From Bacteroidaceae bacterium (GTDB lineage: Bacteria > Bacteroidota > Bacteroidia > Bacteroidales > Bacteroidaceae), in NCBI GenBank assembly GCA_017622815.1, contig JAGAQH010000021.1, positions 5,335 to 69,334 on the forward strand: DNA of 64,000 nt, given 5' to 3'. Below are positions 56,608-64,000 of the stretch, piece after piece (position 1 is the stretch's first letter; each line of letters opens with the position of its first letter). The notes below the pieces were generated by a model. The model was not told where the DNA came from and ran no database searches. It was given only the letters and a program-made list of their open reading frames with translations. The position numbers and the translations under genes were made by a program.

Positions 56608-57033
56608 CTATGCTCCTGCTTTCTGGCTGAACACCAAGGCATACATCTTCATCTGCTTCAACATGGCCAGCAAGCCGTTGGAACGCGTGGGCGAGAGGTG
56701 CTCCCTCAGACCTATCTGCTCTATGAAGTAGAGGTCGGCATCCAGTATGTCCTGCGGTGTCTGGTTGTTGAGCACGCGCACCAGCAGGGCAACAATGCCC
56801 TTCACTATCAGCGCATCGCTCTCTGCCTGGAACTGAACTTTGCCGCCCACCATGTCTGCCTGAAGCCATACACGGCTCTGGCACCCGTCTATCAGGTTCT
56901 GCTCCGTCTTGTATTGCACTGGCAGTTCCGGCTGGTCACTGCCCATGTCTATGAGCAACTGGTAACGGTCCATCCAGTCGTCAAAGTCCTGGAATTCCTC
57001 TATGATTTCGTCCTGTATCTCGTTTATACTCAT
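56608..57033 (-). CDS. sufE: SufE-family sulfur acceptor protein
   Basis: MSINEIQDEIIEEFQDFDDWMDRYQLLI...LIDGCQSRVWL includes the conserved Cys. 141 aa. Confidence 0.88.
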   Translation of the reverse strand: MSINEIQDEIIEEFQDFDDWMDRYQLLIDMGSDQPELPVQYKTEQNLIDGCQSRVWLQADMVGGKVQFQAESDALIVKGIVALLVRVLNNQTPQDILDADLYFIEQIGLREHLSPTRSNGLLAMLKQMKMYALVFSQKAGA

Positions 57034-57138
57034 GAATATGTGTTTATACTGTTTCTTATTGATGATTTGGGCGGACACGGCATGCCGTGTCCCTACTCTC
57101 CCTCGCAACCGTTCATCACCCTTTATGGTGGGATTGAA

Positions 57139-58137
57139 TTACTGTTCGTTATACAGTAGTTGGAGCACGGTTTGTCCCACCGCCTTCAGTACGTTCTTGT
57201 CTATGTTCTCGGGAGTATCGTTCACGGTGTGCCATGTGGGGCCGAAACTGCTTGGTCCATAGTTGAAGTACGGCACTATGTCTATGCAGGGAATACCTGC
57301 TATGGCGTTTACGTTCACATGGTCGTCTACCAGGCTTCCGCCATCCGTGTTGGGGAAGAACTGCCCGTAACCGAGGTCGGATGCCAGCTTCCATACCTTG
57401 TTGACAACGTGGTTGGCAAAGTACACGCTAACCTGCTCCTTGGCAAAGGTGGCGCCACGGCCTCCCACCATGTCCAGAAGGATGCCATAGCGCGGATTGT
57501 AACCTATCTGGCGCATCTGCTCTGCCCACACCTTGCTGCCCAGGCACCATGTGTCCTGGTCGTCGCTTGGCTGAGCCTCAGCCCATTCAGGTGTACCCAT
57601 ATCCTCGGCATCGAAGCATACGAAGTCTATGCCCAGATCCTTCATGGGCTGTTGCTGGATGAGACGTGCTATCTCTATCATCACCGCCACACCGCTGGCA
57701 CCGTCGTTGGCACCAAGTACCGGTTTCTTGTGGTTAGCCTCATCGGGGTCGTTGTCTGCCCAGGGACGAGTGTCCCAGTGGGCACAAAGCAGGATCCTGT
57801 ATTGTGCCTGCGTGTTGGTGCTGGCAATTATGTTGCGGCAGGGCATGGAGGTTCCGTCCCACACCGTCACCTGTGTCTTCTGTTCGCTTACCACACATCC
57901 CTTGCTCTCGAACTGGTCCTTTATCCATTCGGCACACAGGTCGGACTCCTTGGTACCGAGCAGGCGCGGACCGAAGGCACATTGCTCCTCGATATAGCGG
58001 AATGCACTGTCGGCCATGAACTCCGGACACTCCTTGTTGGCAGGGGCACTGGTCTTCTTCTCCTTCTTCGTGCCCGTGCAGGAGAAGGCAAGGACAAGTG
58101 CCATGGTAAGCGATAATATATATAATGTATTTCTCAT
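57139..58137 (-). CDS. M28-fold glutaminyl-peptide cyclotransferase-like lipoprotein
   Basis: Lipobox in MRNTLYILSLTMALVLAFSCTG. Metal-site motifs CAHWDTRPWAD, GANDGASGVAV and FDAEDMG resemble the type II glutaminyl cyclases of Bacteroidetes. Confidence 0.75.
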   Translation of the reverse strand: MRNTLYILSLTMALVLAFSCTGTKKEKKTSAPANKECPEFMADSAFRYIEEQCAFGPRLLGTKESDLCAEWIKDQFESKGCVVSEQKTQVTVWDGTSMPCRNIIASTNTQAQYRILLCAHWDTRPWADNDPDEANHKKPVLGANDGASGVAVMIEIARLIQQQPMKDLGIDFVCFDAEDMGTPEWAEAQPSDDQDTWCLGSKVWAEQMRQIGYNPRYGILLDMVGGRGATFAKEQVSVYFANHVVNKVWKLASDLGYGQFFPNTDGGSLVDDHVNVNAIAGIPCIDIVPYFNYGPSSFGPTWHTVNDTPENIDKNVLKAVGQTVLQLLYNEQ

Positions 58138-58219
58138 GCCTTTATAAAGTATTTCTATTGACATCACAATGTATTCCTAAAGCCGATGCAATGTATTACA
58201 AACCTTGATGCAATGCATC

Positions 58220-59926
58220 TCATCCCCTGAAACTCTGTGCCTCGAGCATCACCCTGAGGAAATTCTCTCCCCAAAGCAGGCGCAGGTCGGCCTCGGAATA
58301 ACGTTCGCGCAGCAGGGCACGTGTCAGGTTTATCAGTTCTCCGGCATGTGCCAGTCCCGGCACTCCTCCGTCGCCATCAAAGTCGGTGCCTATGCCCACA
58401 TGCTCTATGCCCATGATGTTCACGGCATGGTTTATGTGCTCTATGGCATCGAGCACGGAGGCTTTGGAGTCCTGGCGCAGGAATCCCTCGTAGAAGGTCA
58501 CCTGCATCACACCCCCCTTGCCGGCAAGGCTTTTCATCTGCCCGTCGGTGAGGTTGCGGGGATGGTCGCAAAGGCTCCTGCAACTTGAATGGCTGCACAC
58601 TATGGGAACCTGGGAGATATCCATGGCATCGTAGAAACTCTTTTCCGAAGCATGGCTGAGGTCCACCATCATGCCCAGGCGGTTCATCTCTCGTATCACG
58701 TCGGCACCGAACTGACTTACTCCGCCGTGCTCGTCGTTGCTCTTTCGGGCAGAGTCGCAGATGTCGTTGTCACCATTGTGGCACAGGGTCATGTACACCA
58801 CTCCACGCTTGCGGAAGTGTTCTATCTGTGCAATGTCATGTCCTATGGCATAACCGTTCTCTATGCCCAGCATGATGGCCTTCTTGCCTTCGTCCTTCAA
58901 GCGGTAGAGGTCGTCGGGAGTGTATGCCAGCCCCACCTCGGTACAATGCGACGATACCGTCTCCTCTATCTGGGTGATAATGCGGTTGGCCTTGGCCGTT
59001 GCTGCCAGGTGTGCCTCGCAGGTACGCTCGCCCTGCGGCAGGTATGCCACCATTATGGAGGCATCCAGGTGTCCGTCCCTCATGCGTGGCAGGGTGACGA
59101 GCCTTTCTTCGTCAGTACCGAACTTCATGGGCGTGTCGCAATGGGAGTCCAGAGAGAGTATGCGGCCATGCACCTTCTTTGCCTGGGCATAGTTGCATGA
59201 CTCGTTTACCAGCCACTGGAAGATGGGCATCTGGCTCTTGTCACCGGCCAGGATGAAGCACTCCGGGTGCCATTGCACACCAAGGATGCTCTTGTGCTCG
59301 CTGCTCTCCACGGCCTCTATCACTCCATCCGAGGAACGCGCCGACACCTTGAACAACTTGCCCGGGCATCGTACCGCCTGGTGGTGGAAGGAGTTGACGG
59401 GCAACTTCAATTCGCCCTTCTCGCTTTCGGCAAGGCATGAACTCCGGAACAGTCCCCCAAGCAGGCTGTCCTTATCAATGAAGGCCGTGTGAGACGCCTG
59501 CTCGCGTACAAGGTCCTGACTGTGCTTTATGAGCGGAGCATCCTTGTACTGTACGCCCAGGTCCTGGTATATGCTTCCACCCAAGGCCGCCGCCAGCATC
59601 TGTATGCCACGGCATATACCCAGCATGGGGATCTGGCGGTCGTATGCCTGGCGTATGAGGTTCAGTTCAGGCACATCGCGCTCGGGGTTGATACCATGCA
59701 GTTGGGGTATAGGCTCTTCGCCCACAAGCAGAGGGTTCATGTCCGAACCTCCGCTCAGCAAAATGCCGTCCAACCTGTCCAGAAGAGCGGACATTGCCGA
59801 AATGTCTGTGTATGGCGGAATCACAACGGGACTGCCTCCTGCCTCAAGGACACTCTGGTAGTATCCCTTGGCCAGTTCGCAACCCTTGTCGCCAAAATTG
59901 CCGGTTATGCCTATGATGGGCTTCAT
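58220..59926 (-). CDS. fusion of a class I glutamine amidotransferase-like peptidase C26 (gamma-glutamyl hydrolase type) and an M19 membrane-dipeptidase domain
   Basis: The N-terminal half has GICRGIQML (Cys nucleophile) and NSFHHQAV. The C-terminal half has DSHCDTP (HxD), GIENGYAIG, VDLSHAS, CSHSS and IGTDFDGDGG, typical of M19. Confidence 0.85.
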   Translation of the reverse strand: MKPIIGITGNFGDKGCELAKGYYQSVLEAGGSPVVIPPYTDISAMSALLDRLDGILLSGGSDMNPLLVGEEPIPQLHGINPERDVPELNLIRQAYDRQIPMLGICRGIQMLAAALGGSIYQDLGVQYKDAPLIKHSQDLVREQASHTAFIDKDSLLGGLFRSSCLAESEKGELKLPVNSFHHQAVRCPGKLFKVSARSSDGVIEAVESSEHKSILGVQWHPECFILAGDKSQMPIFQWLVNESCNYAQAKKVHGRILSLDSHCDTPMKFGTDEERLVTLPRMRDGHLDASIMVAYLPQGERTCEAHLAATAKANRIITQIEETVSSHCTEVGLAYTPDDLYRLKDEGKKAIMLGIENGYAIGHDIAQIEHFRKRGVVYMTLCHNGDNDICDSARKSNDEHGGVSQFGADVIREMNRLGMMVDLSHASEKSFYDAMDISQVPIVCSHSSCRSLCDHPRNLTDGQMKSLAGKGGVMQVTFYEGFLRQDSKASVLDAIEHINHAVNIMGIEHVGIGTDFDGDGGVPGLAHAGELINLTRALLRERYSEADLRLLWGENFLRVMLEAQSFRG

Positions 59927-59937
59927 GATGCTTGTTT

Positions 59938-60022
59938 AAAACGGAAAGGTGAAAACGGAAAACTGTCATTTATTCAACGACGATCAGGAAATACCTTTCC
60001 GTTTTCCGTTTTCACATTTCCG
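59938..60022. repeat. family A hairpin
   Basis: AAAACGGAAAGGTGAAAACGGAAAACTG ... CCTTTCCGTTTTCCGTTTTCACATTTCCG. About 19 bp can pair with one mismatch. Lies just after the Lrp stop. Confidence 0.8.
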
Positions 60023-60026
60023 CTCG

Positions 60027-60539
60027 TTAGTCGGTTATCTTCTTCCAGTCTTCCTCCATGCGCGGTTTTGCCTCCTTGTGAGGACCGCCTATGGGAAGTT
60101 CCTTCCTTATGCTCTGAGTCAGTGATATAAGTGTTTCCGTACTTACCACCCCGTTGATCTGCTGCAATTTCTCGTTCAGCAGTTCCATCAGATGGGCATT
60201 GTCCTTGGCATACAACTTGATGAGCATGGTATACGGACCTGTGGTATAGTGGCATTCCACTATTTCGGGAATCTTGGTAAACTCCTTAACCACACTGTTG
60301 TACATGCTGCCCTTCTCCAGAGTAATACCTATGTATGTGCTTGTATTGTATCCAAGGCTGGCAGGGTTCACATGGTATCCGCTGCCCACAATCACGTTCA
60401 TGTCTATCAGTCTTTGCACGCGCTGGTGAATGGCGGCACGGCTTACACCGCACTTGGCGGCAACATCCTTGAACGGTATGCGGGCATTATTGGAGATAAT
60501 CTCCAGAATCTTTTTGTCGAGAGAATCAATCTTTTCCAT
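60027..60539 (-). CDS. Lrp/AsnC family transcriptional regulator
   Basis: MEKIDSLDKKILEIISNNARIPFKDVAAKCGVSRAAIHQRV (HTH) followed by an RAM-like domain. About 20 aa of C-terminal extension. Confidence 0.88.
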   Translation of the reverse strand: MEKIDSLDKKILEIISNNARIPFKDVAAKCGVSRAAIHQRVQRLIDMNVIVGSGYHVNPASLGYNTSTYIGITLEKGSMYNSVVKEFTKIPEIVECHYTTGPYTMLIKLYAKDNAHLMELLNEKLQQINGVVSTETLISLTQSIRKELPIGGPHKEAKPRMEEDWKKITD

Positions 60540-60563
60540 GATATTATTTTACATTTTGACACA

Positions 60564-60571
60564 CAAAGGTA
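60564..60571 (-). promoter_or_regulatory. -7 box TACCTTTG upstream of the Lrp/AsnC gene
   Basis: Matches TAnnTTTG. 24 nt upstream of ATG 60539. Confidence 0.6.
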
Positions 60572-60849
60572 CGGAAAAGCCGGCATTTTTCCAAAACAAT
60601 ATTTACCTTTTTTCAATAATAGCAATACCGCTACATCATATACATACACTACAATACATGTCTATATGACCAGTGTGTTGAGCCTATTACGTAAACTTTA
60701 CAAAATGATATTGATATTCAGATAACCAGAATAAATAGTATAGCAGACATACTATAAACACTCCATGAACTCTGTCACACAATGTCAATAATTATTCACA
60801 GGCAAAAGCATCACCCTCGGGGGTATTCCGGGTACATTATTCCTGCTCC

Positions 60850-60955
60850 TCCCGACAACACAGAAGCATTGTCCCGACAACAGGCCCGATTCATCGGGAC
60901 AACAAGGGCTTGTCACCAGGGAGGACAAGGGCCTGTCACCAGGGAGAACAAAACG
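60850..60955. repeat. family E, copy 3
   Basis: CCCGACAACACAGAAGCATTGTCCCGACAACAGGCCCGATTCATCGGGACAACAAGGGCTTGTCACCAGGGAGGACAAGGGCCTGTCACCAGGGAGAACAAAACGG. Confidence 0.75.
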
Positions 60956-61205
60956 GCATTCTCACCTAAAACATAAACAATGGATAATGAGGGTTTTACG
61001 TACCATTGAAAATATCCAACGCATACAACACGCACGATACGTTTTTAACTTCATGGGAAAATCTGCCACAAGTCTGTTTTGTATGTATTTTTCCACAAGG
61101 GACAAATTCACAGACCTGCCCGATGGACCTAAAGCCATTGGCAACAAGAAAGGCGGAGAACCCCATCAAACAAAAAGCGTAAAGGCACCATCATTACAAA
61201 CATTT

Positions 61206-61242
61206 ATCCCCTTGTTGCAGGTGCGTCATGCAACAAGGGGAT
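61206..61242. terminator. hairpin downstream of the SAM-methyltransferase gene
   Basis: Perfect 14-bp stem ATCCCCTTGTTGCA / TGCAACAAGGGGAT with a 9-nt loop. Confidence 0.6.
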
Positions 61243-61283
61243 ATTTAGTTAATCTATGTTTATTCTATCTTAACGTGAGTTTT

Positions 61284-62024
61284 TTAAGTTATAGAAGTAT
61301 GCATGGCGGTCAGTCTTGCCAGATAGTCGTAGTGCTCTCCGTCAATGCACTTCTCGCACATGAAGCCATGCTCATTGGCATACATGGAGAGGGTGTCGAA
61401 GTCGATGTAGAGCCAGTCGAAGGGTTCTCCCTTGATGCCGCGGTATTGCATGCGGTAGTCAATCTCGCCATAGTAGGCACCGGCAAGGTTGATGTCGAAG
61501 GAACCATCCTCGTTCTCGAAGACATAACGGATATCGGAGGAATCGAGCAGCACCTGGCCACCAGGAGCAAGGATCTGCTTCAGGCGCATGAAGAACTCGG
61601 GCAGACGCTCTATCTTGCCCACAATGCCTATTCCGTTCATTGCCATGAGGATGGTATCGAACTTCTCGTCGAAGGTCTTGTCGAAGAAGTCCACAACTCT
61701 GGCATCTATGCCCCGCTGCTTCATCACGTCTACGGAAAGCGTGGATATGTCTATTGCCATCACATCCATGCCTCTGTTCATGAGTTCCAGGGAATGGCAA
61801 CCGGAACCTGCACCCACATCCAGCACACGGCCACGGCACAGGCGCAGGGCTTCCTGCTCCTGTGGCGGCATGTCCTCCAAAGTCCTGAAAAGGGCATCTA
61901 CAGGTATCTCGTCCTCATAGAACTGACTGGAAAACACTCTCAGCCTTGCTGCCCTGCCCTTGGCATAATACTCGGCAATGGCAGCACCCATGGGGTCTTT
62001 TCCTGTATCTAATGTAATTCTCAT
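61284..62024 (-). CDS. class I SAM-dependent methyltransferase
   Basis: SAM motif I: VLDVGAGSGCHSLELMNRG. 246 aa. Confidence 0.8.
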   Translation of the reverse strand: MRITLDTGKDPMGAAIAEYYAKGRAARLRVFSSQFYEDEIPVDALFRTLEDMPPQEQEALRLCRGRVLDVGAGSGCHSLELMNRGMDVMAIDISTLSVDVMKQRGIDARVVDFFDKTFDEKFDTILMAMNGIGIVGKIERLPEFFMRLKQILAPGGQVLLDSSDIRYVFENEDGSFDINLAGAYYGEIDYRMQYRGIKGEPFDWLYIDFDTLSMYANEHGFMCEKCIDGEHYDYLARLTAMHTSIT

Positions 62025-62060
62025 TTGTGGTTATGTTTTGGGGAATGTGAAGAGGATATT

Positions 62061-62090
62061 GGAGTAATAGGAGTAATAGGAGTAATAGGA
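62061..62090. repeat. module J: 9-bp tandem GGAGTAATA x3
   Basis: GGAGTAATAGGAGTAATAGGAGTAATAGGA, upstream of the methyltransferase gene. Confidence 0.8.
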
Positions 62091-62129
62091 ATATTACGAA
62101 TTAAGTAGAGAGGAAAGTAACAGCCAGCA

Positions 62130-62212
62130 GTAGGGACGCTGCGTGCAGCGTCCGAAAGACCTGCAACGTCCCTACCCCAGCTCATCCGCTCACCGCTCAC
62201 CACTCACCGTTC
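62130..62212. repeat. family C copy followed by module F
   Basis: GTAGGGACGCTGCGTGCAGCGTCC...CGTCCCTAC, then CTCATCCGCTCACCGCTCACCACTCACCGTTC. Abuts the S41 peptidase stop. Confidence 0.75.
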
Positions 62213-62215
62213 ATT

Positions 62216-64000
62216 TTATTTCATCAATTCCTTTACCGCCGCCTGAATCTGAGTGTCCACACCGCGGAGCATGTCCTCGGGTGTAACGTAGCACTCGATG
62301 TCGGGTTCCAGTTGCTGGTTCTCGAGATAGTTGCCGCGGTTGTCCTTGGTGCCCACCTGGGGTATGCCGAAGGTGTACTGGCCGATGTTCTCCCACCATA
62401 CTGCGGTCATGGTACCGGGAACGGGAGCACCTATGAGTTTGCCTATACCCATTTCCTTGTAGAGCCAGGGAGTGCCGTGGGCATTGGAGTAGTTGTCCTC
62501 GCATACAAGCATGCACGATGGCTTCACCCAACGGTCAAAGGGGTCGTTGCCTATGAACTTGCCACGCGGGGTAAAACGTGAGTAGGCCTTGCCAGAGAGG
62601 GCTATGCATACATCGTTGTGCAACCATCCGCCACCATTGTGCCTGGTGTCTACGATAACGGCATCGCGCATACGGTTCTTCTCAGAAAGCAGGTTCTTGT
62701 AGAACTCGTGGAAGGAGGCGGCATTCATGGCTTCTATGTGTACATAAGCCAAACGTCCGCCGGAAAGGCTGTCCACCATGTGTTCGTTGCGACGAACCCA
62801 TCGCTTGTAGAGCAATTCTTCCTGCTTGCCCCATGAGATTGGGCGTACCACTATCTCCTTCTTCTCGCCCTTGATGCTAAGGCGTGTGGCCTTGCCGGCC
62901 TTGCCGGCGAGCATGGGATAGTAGTCGGCACAAGCCTCTATCTTCTTTCCGTCTATGGAAGTGATGATGCTGCCGGCCTTGATGTCCTTGCACACATCCA
63001 GCGGACCGCCCGAAAGCACCTCTGCCACCCTGATGCCCTCGCCATGATATGTCTCGTCGGGGATGATGCCCAACTGAGCCACAGGCAATGAACTGGAGGG
63101 AGCATGATAACGGCAACCGGTATGGCTCACGTTGAGTTCGCCAAGCAGTTCGCTTGCCATCTCGGCAAAGTCATAACCGTTGTTGATATGGGGAAGGAAA
63201 CGCTTGTATGTCGTGTAGAGGCGCTCCCAGTCGGCACCGTTCATGCCGGGGTCGTAGAGTTTCTCCTTTGTCTGGCGCCATATGTGCTCGAAGTTGTATG
63301 CCTGAGTCTTGGCTGGCTGTGTCACGGTGAATGCCTCGAACGGTATGGTCTTGACAGAAGCGGAATTGAGATTGAGTTGGCACAATGTACCGCCCTGACC
63401 GATGAAATAACAGGTGTTGCCACTCTTGTCAAGTTGGAACGAACGTGCATCTATGCGTTGCATCTTCAACTCCGTACGCTCCTCAACGAAGTCGCGGACC
63501 CAGAGAGCCATGTTGCCGTTGTGGGGGGCAAGATAATAGAGGCGTGTACCCTCGTTGTTCATCACCGCATCGGATAGGTGCGATGACTGGAATGTAAGGC
63601 GCATGGTACGGTCGTCGAGGTTGTCCAACTGAAGTTCCAGTGCCTCCACCTTCTTCTCCTTCTCGGTACTGTCCTTCTTCTCAGACTTCTTGTCCTTCTT
63701 CTCGGATTCCTCGAGCAGTGACCTGTCTTCCTTATTCATGCGGAACTTGTTGTAGGCTTCGTCATCGAAGAATGTGATATAGACATCGCGGTGTGCTCCC
63801 CAACTGCCATGGCTTCGATAGCCTGCCCTGTCGCTGGCAAAAATCATGGCCTTACCGCCCATGACCCAACGTGGACGCGAGTCGGTGTAGCCGCTTTGTG
63901 TCAGGTTGACGGGTTCGTCCTTACCCTCAGCATCTATAAGAGCAACGTCTACATTGTTCCATCCGCCATTGCCCATGTAGTTGGCCAAAAGCCACTTGCC
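62216..64000 (-). CDS. tricorn-like S41 peptidase; N-terminus lies outside the window
   Basis: Has a PDZ region, then the S41 core VIVDTRHNGGGW and EDNYSNAHG. The reading frame stays open to position 64000, and the track start at 63988 is only a TTG. Confidence 0.85.
   Translation of the reverse strand, partial: GKWLLANYMGNGGWNNVDVALIDAEGKDEPVNLTQSGYTDSRPRWVMGGKAMIFASDRAGYRSHGSWGAHRDVYITFFDDEAYNKFRMNKEDRSLLEESEKKDKKSEKKDSTEKEKKVEALELQLDNLDDRTMRLTFQSSHLSDAVMNNEGTRLYYLAPHNGNMALWVRDFVEERTELKMQRIDARSFQLDKSGNTCYFIGQGGTLCQLNLNSASVKTIPFEAFTVTQPAKTQAYNFEHIWRQTKEKLYDPGMNGADWERLYTTYKRFLPHINNGYDFAEMASELLGELNVSHTGCRYHAPSSSLPVAQLGIIPDETYHGEGIRVAEVLSGGPLDVCKDIKAGSIITSIDGKKIEACADYYPMLAGKAGKATRLSIKGEKKEIVVRPISWGKQEELLYKRWVRRNEHMVDSLSGGRLAYVHIEAMNAASFHEFYKNLLSEKNRMRDAVIVDTRHNGGGWLHNDVCIALSGKAYSRFTPRGKFIGNDPFDRWVKPSCMLVCEDNYSNAHGTPWLYKEMGIGKLIGAPVPGTMTAVWWENIGQYTFGIPQVGTKDNRGNYLENQQLEPDIECYVTPEDMLRGVDTQIQAAVKELMK

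Noticed and set aside
60987-62012. 341-aa plus-strand ORF, and the 61-aa minus-strand ORF at 60962-61147, in the long gap next to the methyltransferase gene
   Set aside because: The long ORF is antisense to the motif-supported methyltransferase, and its 5' part crosses the terminator hairpin. The 61-aa ORF has no start context, promoter box or recognisable features.

Overview
The window looks like a chromosomal segment of a Bacteroidales bacterium, probably Prevotellaceae-like. The evidence is many TAnnTTTG -7 promoter boxes, a type III glutamine synthetase, a DUF2723 protein, an HU-HIG / DUF4248 / VirE-DUF3987 gene set, and signal peptides that end just before Gln. No database search was possible, so every family name comes from motifs I recognise in the translations. 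I call 55 protein-coding genes (two run off the window) and two tandem tRNA-Asn(GTT). Most are housekeeping genes: pflBA, ddh, rnr, rpoN, ispG, purE, purD, cysE, gpmI, ung, cysS, GS-III, dusB, sufE, three FKBP isomerases, several peptidases and a Na/Pi transporter. Two things are not ordinary. (1) There is an accessory block at about 39.6-50.0 kb. It starts with an AT-rich orphan secreted protein. It continues as an island with no integrase: DUF4248, a VirE_N-DUF3987 primase/helicase-like gene, DUF3127, a Bro-N/KilAC antirepressor, two orphan proteins, a lipoprotein, a smalltalk-like peptide and HU-HIG. The island also holds inverted iteron-like repeats around an AT-rich core, operator-like palindromes and a 124-nt multi-helix RNA-like hairpin. 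(2) Almost every intergenic gap in the window is built from about 10 short repeat modules, which I label A-J. They combine in different orders, often as long hairpins or MITE-like inverted pairs. One composite lies in frame inside the primase/helicase ORF. I found no CRISPR array, cas genes, transposase, integrase, rRNA or recognisable defence system. Repeat coordinates are hand-indexed and may be off by 1-3 nt.
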